A DNA stretch of 64,000 nt from assembly GCA_044376115.1 (NCBI GenBank), contig JBILLK010000006.1, positions 320,001 through 384,000 of the forward strand. Direction: 5' to 3'. This DNA is from Polyangiaceae bacterium (GTDB taxonomy: Bacteria; Myxococcota_A; Polyangia; Polyangiales; Polyangiaceae). This document shows, piece by piece, positions 1 to 7,758 of the stretch (within the stretch, counting starts at the first letter, position 1; every line of letters begins with the position of its first letter). The translations under genes and the position numbers were made by a program. The notes under the pieces are model-generated. The model saw only the letters and a program-made list of their open reading frames with translations. It ran no database searches and was not told the DNA's origin.

Positions 1-162
1 TTCGGCCCAAAGAGAATTCTCGGCGACGCTGTCGCGGTAGTGCCCCATCAGCAAATGCCCGATGTAGACACTCGCGAGGACCGACAGGACGTTGAACGCC
101 CCGAGCACGTAGTAGATGCGATGCCAGTTCGCCTTTGAGCCAGACTTCGTTTCGTTATGCAT
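1..162 (-). CDS. 5' part of a membrane protein (possible sensor/receptor), runs off the window edge
   Basis: Not in the ORF track. My minus-strand translation from ATG at 162 is MHNETKSGSKANWHRIYYVLGAFNVLSVLASVYIGHLLMGHYRDSVAENSLWAE, open to the edge, with one hydrophobic TM segment and a GGGGG RBS-like run just upstream. Confidence 0.6.
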   Translation of the reverse strand, partial: MHNETKSGSKANWHRIYYVLGAFNVLSVLASVYIGHLLMGHYRDSVAENSLWAE

Positions 163-243
163 AAACCCCCAACTTGGTGCTTTGGTAAGCGGTTCCGCAG
201 CGTCACTTCTGAAGCGAAGTCGTGCGTGGGCGAGCGCTTCGCG

Positions 244-1683
244 CTACGCCGCGCGTACGCCCGAAGGCGGCGCACTGAAGTTTGCGCTGGGCTCGCTCGG
301 GTCGAGGACCACGCGGTTGCGACCTGCGGCCTTCGCCTGGTACATCATGCGGTCGGCTCGGTCGATCAAGGCTTGGGCGTTCTCATCGGGGAGCAAGCGC
401 ACTACGCCGAACGAGGCCGAAACCGGAATGGCAGCGCCTTCCGTCGATCGGACGTCGAGCTCGGTAAGGGCGACGCGCCTGCGTTCTGCCGCAACCTCAG
501 CGCCCGCGAGGCCGGTCGAGTGGAAGGCGAGCACAAATTCTTCTCCGCCCCAGCGGCCGACCAAATTGCCTTTGCGGGCGTGTTTGAGTAGGAGCGCGCC
601 CACGGCGGCGAGCACGGCGTCGCCCGCGGCATGCCCGTGTCCATCATTGATGCGCTTGAAGTGGTCGACGTCGAGCAGGGCCACCGATAGCGCGCGGTTG
701 TGGCGGTGGCAGCGCGCGATTTCTGCATCGATGCCGGCAATGAATGCCCGGCGATTCATCAGCCCGGTCAGCACATCGGTGGTCGCCAGTTGACGCGACT
801 CTTCGAGCAACATCGCGATTCGAAGCGGACCTGCGAGTTCGCGCGCAATCACTTCGACCAAAGCGGCGTCGTTGGGGTGAACCGGGTGCCTTACGGCAAG
901 CGCAACGTGGCCGATCACGTCCTGACCGAGCTCGATCGGTAGCACGATCGGCGGCGGACCTTCGCGATCGGCATAGGCGTCATCGTCCTCGATCGGCGTC
1001 ACGTGAACCTCTGCGTCGTAACCCAACGCCGCTCGTGCCTCCGCTTCGATCTCTGCGCGCACCAGCGGGTTGACGTGCAAGCCGAAGCGCTTCGGGGCCT
1101 CGGTAGAGACTGCCATCCAGCGATAGCTGGTGACCTGCGATACGAACTGCGACAAAAGGTCGAACAGCCGGTCGAAGTCCGCGCATGAACCAAGCGCGCG
1201 AATCTCTCCAGCGATCACCGAATCGAACAGTGCCTGATCCAGGTGGTCGGCGATACGGTCCCGCAGATCACCGGCTGATACGACCAACTCAGGGTTGGGG
1301 ATGGCGCAAGCAGGGGTGGCTCCGATCGCGCTGGAGAGCGCGCGGACCAGGTCTCCCATGCGCCCTTTCAGCACGTAGGCTGCCGCTCCCGCGCGGCCGG
1401 CCCAAAAGCGATTTCGCTGGCCATCCGGGCCACGCAGAATGACAGGTACGAAGCGTGAGTTGGCCTCCGATCGAAGGAGACGGCAAAGCTGCACGCCCGA
1501 AATCTTGGGCATCCATAGGTCAGCGACGACCGCTGCTGGTGGCTCGGTCAGCGCGAGGCGGCCCGCCTCGGCCGCATCCGTCGCTTCAATCACCGTGTAG
1601 CCCTGCATCCGCAACCGCCCGGCGAGGATGCCAGCTCCCTTGTCCTCAGGGTCGACAAGGATGATCGTTTGGCCGTGATTCAT
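244..1683 (-). CDS. Response-regulator diguanylate cyclase (REC - GAF-like - GGDEF)
   Basis: N-terminal receiver (VVADLWMPKISG); C-terminal TDVLTGLMNRR, DVDHFKRINDGHGHAAGD and GRWGGEEF motifs. Confidence 0.93.
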   Translation of the reverse strand: MNHGQTIILVDPEDKGAGILAGRLRMQGYTVIEATDAAEAGRLALTEPPAAVVADLWMPKISGVQLCRLLRSEANSRFVPVILRGPDGQRNRFWAGRAGAAAYVLKGRMGDLVRALSSAIGATPACAIPNPELVVSAGDLRDRIADHLDQALFDSVIAGEIRALGSCADFDRLFDLLSQFVSQVTSYRWMAVSTEAPKRFGLHVNPLVRAEIEAEARAALGYDAEVHVTPIEDDDAYADREGPPPIVLPIELGQDVIGHVALAVRHPVHPNDAALVEVIARELAGPLRIAMLLEESRQLATTDVLTGLMNRRAFIAGIDAEIARCHRHNRALSVALLDVDHFKRINDGHGHAAGDAVLAAVGALLLKHARKGNLVGRWGGEEFVLAFHSTGLAGAEVAAERRRVALTELDVRSTEGAAIPVSASFGVVRLLPDENAQALIDRADRMMYQAKAAGRNRVVLDPSEPSANFSAPPSGVRAA

Positions 1684-1735
1684 GGTTCGTAGGGTGAAAT
1701 ACGTACCAAGGCGCGTCCCGAATTAGCGATATCCA

Positions 1736-1758
1736 CTGTCAGCTGGACAGACCGTCAA
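1736..1758 (-). promoter_or_regulatory. Possible -35 element (TTGACG) with adjacent palindrome CTGTC-N5-GACAG upstream of the diguanylate cyclase
   Basis: cgtcaa at 1753-1758 (TTGACG on the minus strand); ctgtc-agctg-gacag at 1736-1750. No convincing -10 box. Confidence 0.25.
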
Positions 1759-1778
1759 AAATAATTCGTCCAGCGATT

Positions 1779-2492
1779 TCAGCGGCCAACAGCGTATTTT
1801 CGGACACACGAGCAACGCATCGAGTCGCTCATCAAGCGCGGGGTTACCGTCCACTCATCCTGCTGCGGTTGCTTGAAAACGTAGCTCTCATCCCACAATG
1901 CACCGTCTGCATCTCGAGCGACGAGCAGCACGCCATCCACGAGGTTGTTGCCGATCATGTGTGGGTGGCTCATGCCACCGTTCTTGTCTACAAGGTCGGA
2001 CAGGGGACGCTGCCAGCGGGCCTGCACGTCCTGCGACGTGACCTCGAATACGGTCAACACGTCCACCGACTCGGCCGAGGCGATTGGCGGTTGTTGCACG
2101 ATGAGCAACATGAGCTGTTCGCCGTTGTTGGCGAACCGGAGTTCAAGCCCGTAGCTGGGCCCAGCAATTTGAGGCAAGCGAACGCTGGTCCAATAGCGAT
2201 CGTCCCTAAAGAAGTGCAGCCGCCTTTGAAAGTCCGCTCCCAGAACGCTGAACTGGACGCCGCCGTGCACTGCGGTGTCCTGCGCCAACCCGGTGAGGCG
2301 GTGTGTTTGCATCGCCTGCTTGGCTGCAACCAACGAGGTCGCCCCGGGCGTTAGGCCCAGTTGCTCGGCCCCGACGTCTTCCAACTGCGTCAGGCGCACG
2401 TGCTCGGGCACACTGGTGCTGAAGTGCCCACAAGCCGCTTCAGGCCACAACGCACCGAGCAGCAGCAGAGTTCTCCAAAGCGACGCTCGCAC
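1779..2492 (-). CDS. Hypothetical lipoprotein
   Basis: Signal peptide ending LLLLGALWPEAAC; 237 aa; C-terminal CSC motif; no family recognised. Confidence 0.65.
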   Translation of the reverse strand: MRASLWRTLLLLGALWPEAACGHFSTSVPEHVRLTQLEDVGAEQLGLTPGATSLVAAKQAMQTHRLTGLAQDTAVHGGVQFSVLGADFQRRLHFFRDDRYWTSVRLPQIAGPSYGLELRFANNGEQLMLLIVQQPPIASAESVDVLTVFEVTSQDVQARWQRPLSDLVDKNGGMSHPHMIGNNLVDGVLLVARDADGALWDESYVFKQPQQDEWTVTPRLMSDSMRCSCVRKYAVGR

Positions 2493-2535
2493 GCCGTCTG
2501 TTGATGCGCCCAGTGGACCGGATGTTCATCCGCCG

Positions 2536-3375
2536 CTACTCGATCGTGATGCGGCCGAGGATGCTGTTGCCAATGTCGTGCGGGTAAAACGTGTACTCCC
2601 CGGGCGCGGTGACCTGCCGCACCACCGGGTCGAAGGCACCAGGCGGGATGTTCTGATTCCCGTGCCCAAAGCCAACGTCGGGATCGTCGGCGTGGATTTC
2701 GTGCGGGACGGTATCGGCGTTGAAGAAGTTCACCGTGATCGGCGTTTCGGCCATGTTGGGCAGCGCCTTGATCAGCGTCGGGAAGTCGCCGAAGGCGTTG
2801 GTGCTCGGCGGGTTTGACGAGAAGCTCGCGAGGTTCTCTGGGATGGTGATGGTGATGGTTGGAATCACGGTGACCGCAGCGTCTCCGGACTGCTCACCGC
2901 CAGGGACGGTCCCCACAACGCTGATCACGAACGCGCCCGTTTGCGTGTCGGACTTGGAGCTGAGGTTCAGTGTGACCGTCTCCGTGCTGGTGCCATCGAG
3001 GTTGACGCCGGTGGTGGCAAGCTCAGCGGTTAGATCGGAGGGCGTGCCCGTGAGCGACAACACCACCGGACCGACATAGCCGTTGGGAGCGATGGTCACC
3101 GTTGCTTCACCGCTATCACGCAGCTCGAGCTGGCTCGCGCTCACCGAGATCGCGAAGCTCGCCGGTTGCACGGGCGCACCGCCTTCGCCTCCTTGGTTCG
3201 AGTTGCCGGTGCCGGAGCCGGCGGTGCCCATCATCCCGCCGCCACCGTCCGCTCCCGAGCTGCTGGAGCTCGAGGTATTGCCTCCGTCCCCGTCGAGCAA
3301 TGAGGTCGGCTGCTTGCTGCAGGCCGCAAGCAACGTCAACAGGGCGGCGAGTCGGGGGCAGGGGAGTTTCATCAC
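2536..3375 (-). CDS. Lipoprotein with Gly/Ser linker, Ig-like domain and C-terminal cupredoxin-like domain
   Basis: Lipobox LLAAC; G/S-rich linker; beta-rich middle; C-terminal NADTVPHEIH...GFGH...PGEYTFYPHD resembles the cupredoxin pattern. Confidence 0.75.
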   Translation of the reverse strand: MMKLPCPRLAALLTLLAACSKQPTSLLDGDGGNTSSSSSSGADGGGGMMGTAGSGTGNSNQGGEGGAPVQPASFAISVSASQLELRDSGEATVTIAPNGYVGPVVLSLTGTPSDLTAELATTGVNLDGTSTETVTLNLSSKSDTQTGAFVISVVGTVPGGEQSGDAAVTVIPTITITIPENLASFSSNPPSTNAFGDFPTLIKALPNMAETPITVNFFNADTVPHEIHADDPDVGFGHGNQNIPPGAFDPVVRQVTAPGEYTFYPHDIGNSILGRITIE

Positions 3376-3474
3376 GAAGCAAGGCTAACCTGCGTGCGAA
3401 GCCGCTCCCAGCGCCGACACGGATCCACCCGGGTATCCTACATCGCGCGCCAGTCGTGCTATGCGCCTCGCACC

Positions 3475-4809
3475 ATGATCGTGATGAAGTTTGGCGGCAG
3501 TTCGGTCGCAGACCACCCGCAAATTGAGAAGGTCCGCAGCATCGTCGCGCTCGAGCAGTCCAAAGGGCGCCGGCCGCTCGTGGTTTGCTCCGCGCACAAG
3601 GGGATCACCGACGCTTTGGTGAACGCCGCCAAGGAGGCCGCTGCAGGGCGGCTCGACGCCGAGGCCGTGATCGCCAAACAGGAGCGCGTTCGGCAAGAGC
3701 TCGGCGTCGCCGAAGCCGTGCTCGCCCCGCTCTATCAAGAGCTGCGGGACTTGCTGCGCGGCCTGTCACTGGTGCGCGAGTTATCGCCGCGCAGCCTCGA
3801 CTACGTGTCGAGCTTCGGCGAGCGCTTCAGCGTACGAGTGATCGCCGCTTTCTTTGCGCAGCTGGGGACGCCAGCCCAGGCCTTCGACGTGTGGGATCTC
3901 GGCTTCGTTACCGACGCCAACTTCGGCAACGCACGGCCCCTCGCGGGCTACGAGGGCAACGTGCGTGAGGCCGTGAACAAGCTCGATCCCGCGGTGATGC
4001 CGATCGTTACCGGCTTCATCGGTAAGACCGCCTCTGGCGAGGTCACCACCGTCGGCAGAAACGGCAGCGACCTGACGGCCACCCTCTTGGGGGCGGCTCT
4101 CGAGGTGAGCGAGGTCCAGATTTGGAGCGACACCGACGGCGTGATGACGGCCGATCCGCGCATCGTTCGCCAAGCTCGCAACATCCCCGAAATGCGCTTC
4201 GATGAGGCCTCCGAGCTCGCGTACTTCGGCAGTCGCATGTTGCACCCGGCGACGCTGCTCCCGGCGATGTCCGCCAACATCCCGGTGCGCGTGCTCAACA
4301 CCAACCGTGCCGAGCACCCCGGCACCGTGATCACGCGACAAGCGGTCAACGACAACCGCGTTACCTCGATCGCCTACAAAGAGAAGCAGTTCGTGCTCAC
4401 CGTCAGCTCGACCCGGATGTTCGGCGAGGCCGGCTTTCTCGAGCGGGTGTTCGAGACCTGCCGCCAATGCGGCGTGGTGGTGGACCTCGTGACCACGTCG
4501 GAGGTGAGCATCTCGTTGACCGGCAACGCGGAAGGCCCCATCCGCGCTGCTGCAACCAAGTTGGCTGAGTTGGGCGAGGTCTCGATCGATGACGGCCGTA
4601 GCATCGTGGCCGTCGTGGGCCAGCATCTGGCGTCGCGTCGCGGCATCGGCGCTGAGATCTTCGGCGCGCTCGCGCGCGTCGCGGTCAACGTGGAGATGAT
4701 CAGCTTCGCCAAGGGCTCGATCAACCTTTCCTTCGTGGTCAGTGACGCTGACGTTGGCAAGGCGATCGGCGCGCTGCACGCGGTGCTATTCGAGGGGCCC
4801 GCCTCGTGA
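3475..4809 (+). CDS. lysC: Aspartate kinase
   Basis: [41 protein letters not shown] and two C-terminal ACT domains. Start set at ATG 3475 rather than 3394. Confidence 0.95.
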   Translation: MIVMKFGGSSVADHPQIEKVRSIVALEQSKGRRPLVVCSAHKGITDALVNAAKEAAAGRLDAEAVIAKQERVRQELGVAEAVLAPLYQELRDLLRGLSLVRELSPRSLDYVSSFGERFSVRVIAAFFAQLGTPAQAFDVWDLGFVTDANFGNARPLAGYEGNVREAVNKLDPAVMPIVTGFIGKTASGEVTTVGRNGSDLTATLLGAALEVSEVQIWSDTDGVMTADPRIVRQARNIPEMRFDEASELAYFGSRMLHPATLLPAMSANIPVRVLNTNRAEHPGTVITRQAVNDNRVTSIAYKEKQFVLTVSSTRMFGEAGFLERVFETCRQCGVVVDLVTTSEVSISLTGNAEGPIRAAATKLAELGEVSIDDGRSIVAVVGQHLASRRGIGAEIFGALARVAVNVEMISFAKGSINLSFVVSDADVGKAIGALHAVLFEGPAS

Positions 4810-6851
4810 AGTCCCAGTACCAAGCGGATGAGGCAGAGGCTTTTGTCCGCTCAGCAGGCTGCCCAGAGCAGCTGGCCTTGCGCCTCTACACCTCGCGACT
4901 GATCGGTCGTGACCCGGCGTTGGTCCTGCACGGAGGCGGCAATACCTCCGTCAAGGGCACCATCCGCACGCTGCTCGGGGATGAGCTCGAATGCCTTTGG
5001 GTCAAGGGCTCGGGCTCCAGTTTGGACAAGGTAACGGCGCGCGATTTCCCAGCGCTCGACCTCGGCTATCTGCGGCGCTTGGTCGCGCTCGAGAGCCTCA
5101 CCGACGAGGAGATGGTCAACCAACTGCGCACGCATCTGTTCGACGCGAGCGCGCCCAACCCCTCGGTGGAGGCATTGCTCCACGCCTTCCTGCCGCATCG
5201 CTTCGTCGATCATTCGCACGCTGACGCCGTGGTAACGCTGACCAACCAACCGGATGGAGAGGCGCTCATCCGCGAGGCGCTCGGCCCCGAGGTGATCGTC
5301 CTGCCCTACATCATGCCCGGCTTTCCCCTGGCGAAGGCCGTGCACGAGGCCTACCAAACTCATCAACCGAAGGCCGGCATTCTGCTGATGCAGCACGGTC
5401 TTTTCACCTTCGGAGAGACCGCGCGCGAGAGCTATGAACGCCACATCGAGCTTGTGGATCGCTGCGAGCAGACCATCGCTGCGCGCCGCCAGAGCGTGCA
5501 AGCGCCCACGGTGGTTTATGACGCAGCTCGCGCGCGGCAGCTTGCGCCGCGGTTGCGCGGTGCGATCACCAAAGCGGCAGGCGTTTCGCTGGTGGTGGAA
5601 CGTCGCTTCGGGCCGGAGGTGCTGCAGGCGTGTGCGCTGCCGCAAGCACCCGCCCTTTTCGAGACTGGCCCGCTCACGCCGGACCACGTGCTGCGGGTGA
5701 AGCCCTGGCCGTTGTTCCTCTCAGCCGAGGCGGAGGATGAGACCGCGCTCGCCGCCGACCTCGCCCGCGCCGTCACGCGCTATCAAGCCTACTTCGAGCT
5801 TCACCGAGCGCGCAGCCCGAAGGCGCTCGCCCTGGATGCGGCCCCGCGCGTGGTGCTCGACCGTGCGACGGGCATCTGGGCCTTCGGTAAGAGCAAGCAG
5901 GAGGCGATGATCGCGGCTGACATCGCGGAGCATACGCTCACGGCGAAGGTCGCTGCGGACGCCATCAGCGGTTATCGCGCACTGCCCGACAGCGATCTAT
6001 TCGATATGGAGTATTGGTCGCTGGAGCAGGCCAAGTTGGGCAAGACCAAGCCGCGCCCACTCGAGGGCAGGGTGGTGCTGATCACAGGCGCTGCGGGGGC
6101 CATTGGCCGCGGTATCGCTGAGGTCTGCGCCGAGGCCGGCGCACAGCTGTTCCTGACCGATCGCGATGAGGCTGGGCTCGCGTCGGCGCAGTCGGCTTTT
6201 GCCGCGGCGCAGGTCCGCGGCTGTGTGATGGACGTGACCCATGGCGAGTCCGTTGAGCGCGCCTTTGACGAGTTGTTGGCAGCGTACGGGGGCGTTGACG
6301 TCGTAGTGGCCAACGCCGGCCTGGCCCACGTCGCCTCGCTCGAGAGCTTGGAGGCTGCGGACTTTTCACGCCTGCTAGCGGTGAACGCCGAGGGCACGCT
6401 CGCGACGATCGCGGCGGCCGCGAGGGTGTTCCGCGCGCAAGGCTTGGGCGGCAACATCATCCTCAATTCGTCGAAGAACGTATTCGCGCCGGGGAAGGAC
6501 TTCGGCGCTTACAGCGCCAGCAAGGCCGCTGCCCACCAACTGGCGAAGGTCGCGGCGATCGAGCTCGCGCCGCTCGGCGTACGGGTCAACATGCTCAACC
6601 CCGACGCTGTGTTCTCCCATGGCGAGGTGCCGAGTGGCCTTTGGTCCCTCGTCGGGCCCTCACGAGCGAAGAGTCGCGGTCTCGAGATCGCCGAGCTGTA
6701 CGAGTTTTACCGCGAGCGCAATTTGCTCAAGGTCGCAGTCACGGCGCGCGAGGTGGGCAACGCCGTGCTGTTCTTCGCCACGAATCAGACCCCAACCACC
6801 GGCGCTTCGCTGCCGATCGACGGCGGCTTGGTGGAGGCCTTTCCACGCTAG
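4806..6851 (+). CDS. Bifunctional class II aldolase / short-chain dehydrogenase (RhaD-like)
   Basis: LVLHGGGNTSVK, PSVEALLH, VDHSH, HGLFTFG aldolase motifs; SDR TGAAGAIG, NAG and YSASK. Start overlaps the lysC stop (GTGA). Confidence 0.92.
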   Translation: MKSQYQADEAEAFVRSAGCPEQLALRLYTSRLIGRDPALVLHGGGNTSVKGTIRTLLGDELECLWVKGSGSSLDKVTARDFPALDLGYLRRLVALESLTDEEMVNQLRTHLFDASAPNPSVEALLHAFLPHRFVDHSHADAVVTLTNQPDGEALIREALGPEVIVLPYIMPGFPLAKAVHEAYQTHQPKAGILLMQHGLFTFGETARESYERHIELVDRCEQTIAARRQSVQAPTVVYDAARARQLAPRLRGAITKAAGVSLVVERRFGPEVLQACALPQAPALFETGPLTPDHVLRVKPWPLFLSAEAEDETALAADLARAVTRYQAYFELHRARSPKALALDAAPRVVLDRATGIWAFGKSKQEAMIAADIAEHTLTAKVAADAISGYRALPDSDLFDMEYWSLEQAKLGKTKPRPLEGRVVLITGAAGAIGRGIAEVCAEAGAQLFLTDRDEAGLASAQSAFAAAQVRGCVMDVTHGESVERAFDELLAAYGGVDVVVANAGLAHVASLESLEAADFSRLLAVNAEGTLATIAAAARVFRAQGLGGNIILNSSKNVFAPGKDFGAYSASKAAAHQLAKVAAIELAPLGVRVNMLNPDAVFSHGEVPSGLWSLVGPSRAKSRGLEIAELYEFYRERNLLKVAVTAREVGNAVLFFATNQTPTTGASLPIDGGLVEAFPR

Positions 6852-6857
6852 CGAAGG

Positions 6858-6887
6858 GCTGGCACTTCTCCTTGGGGAAGTGCCAGC
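6858..6887. terminator. Strong hairpin between convergent genes (likely bidirectional terminator)
   Basis: Perfect 11-bp stem GCTGGCACTTC / GAAGTGCCAGC with an 8-nt loop, between stops at 6851 and 6897; no long U tract. Confidence 0.6.
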
Positions 6888-6896
6888 GCCCAGGCC

Positions 6897-7652
6897 TCAG
6901 TGCTGGTGATCCGCGTCGTCGTGATCGTGATCGTGGTCATGCTCCGACTCGACCTCGGCAACGGCCGCCTCTGCAGTGGCCTTGCCACGCATGACCGAAA
7001 GCACTGCGTCGTCGTAGATCTCGCTCACGTCCATGAGCCCAACGATCAGATTGACCACCAGCCGAGCCTCCAAGCTGCAGCCACGGAAGTCCAACGAGGC
7101 CTTGAGCCGAACCGCTCCACCGAGCGAGGTCTCATACGAGCCCATCAGCAAACCTTGGTTCACGCGAGCGAGCACCTCGTACACCTGCACGCTACGCTCT
7201 TGCGGCCACTTCTCGCGGAAAACGAGGAAGATGACGACCTGCTCCCCGCCGAAGAGCTGAACGCCAACGTCAAAGTGTTCCTCCGGGGGCACGTCGATAT
7301 CCCACTGGATGACCTCCCCGCTGGCGCCGGCGTTGGGGTCTTCATGCACCGTCTTCTTGAAGGTCCAACCGGTCTCGACAAACACGCCTTCAAGCTGTGA
7401 GGCCGCACTTTGGAGGGGCGCTTTGGCCGCAGCTTTGGCCGCTGACTTCTTCACCGGAGCCTTGCTCGCGGGAGCCTTCGCCGCGGGCTTCTTGGCCGCG
7501 CTCTGCTTTGCTGCTGACTTCTTCAGCGTGACCTTGTGCACGACGACCTTGGCTGCCTTCTTCGCAGCTGCAGGCTTTGTTTTGCTGGGGGACTTGCTTG
7601 CAGCGGGCTTGGACTTCGACTTTGCGATCGCTACGGTTTTTCGTGCAGCCAA
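6897..7652 (-). CDS. YbjN-like domain protein with histone H1-like Lys/Ala-rich N-terminus and His/Asp tail
   Basis: TTG start preceded by GGAG; about 80 aa of AAKK/PAAK repeats; globular region (YEVLARVNQGLLMGSYETSLGGAVRLKASLDF) resembles YbjN; ends EHDHDHDHDDADHQH. Confidence 0.75.
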   Translation of the reverse strand: MAARKTVAIAKSKSKPAASKSPSKTKPAAAKKAAKVVVHKVTLKKSAAKQSAAKKPAAKAPASKAPVKKSAAKAAAKAPLQSAASQLEGVFVETGWTFKKTVHEDPNAGASGEVIQWDIDVPPEEHFDVGVQLFGGEQVVIFLVFREKWPQERSVQVYEVLARVNQGLLMGSYETSLGGAVRLKASLDFRGCSLEARLVVNLIVGLMDVSEIYDDAVLSVMRGKATAEAAVAEVESEHDHDHDHDDADHQH

Positions 7653-7758
7653 GGTGGGCTCCTTCGTTGTGCCAATCTTATGAGCGGCCGAAGACTAGCC
7701 CTCTCGCTGGGAACTGGTTAGCCCGATCGACGAGGCTACGTTTTGCCTCAGGAACGGC

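Noticed and set aside
1736..1750. Palindrome as a LexA box
   Set aside because: Spacing is CTGT-N7-ACAG, not N8, and the downstream gene is not an SOS gene.
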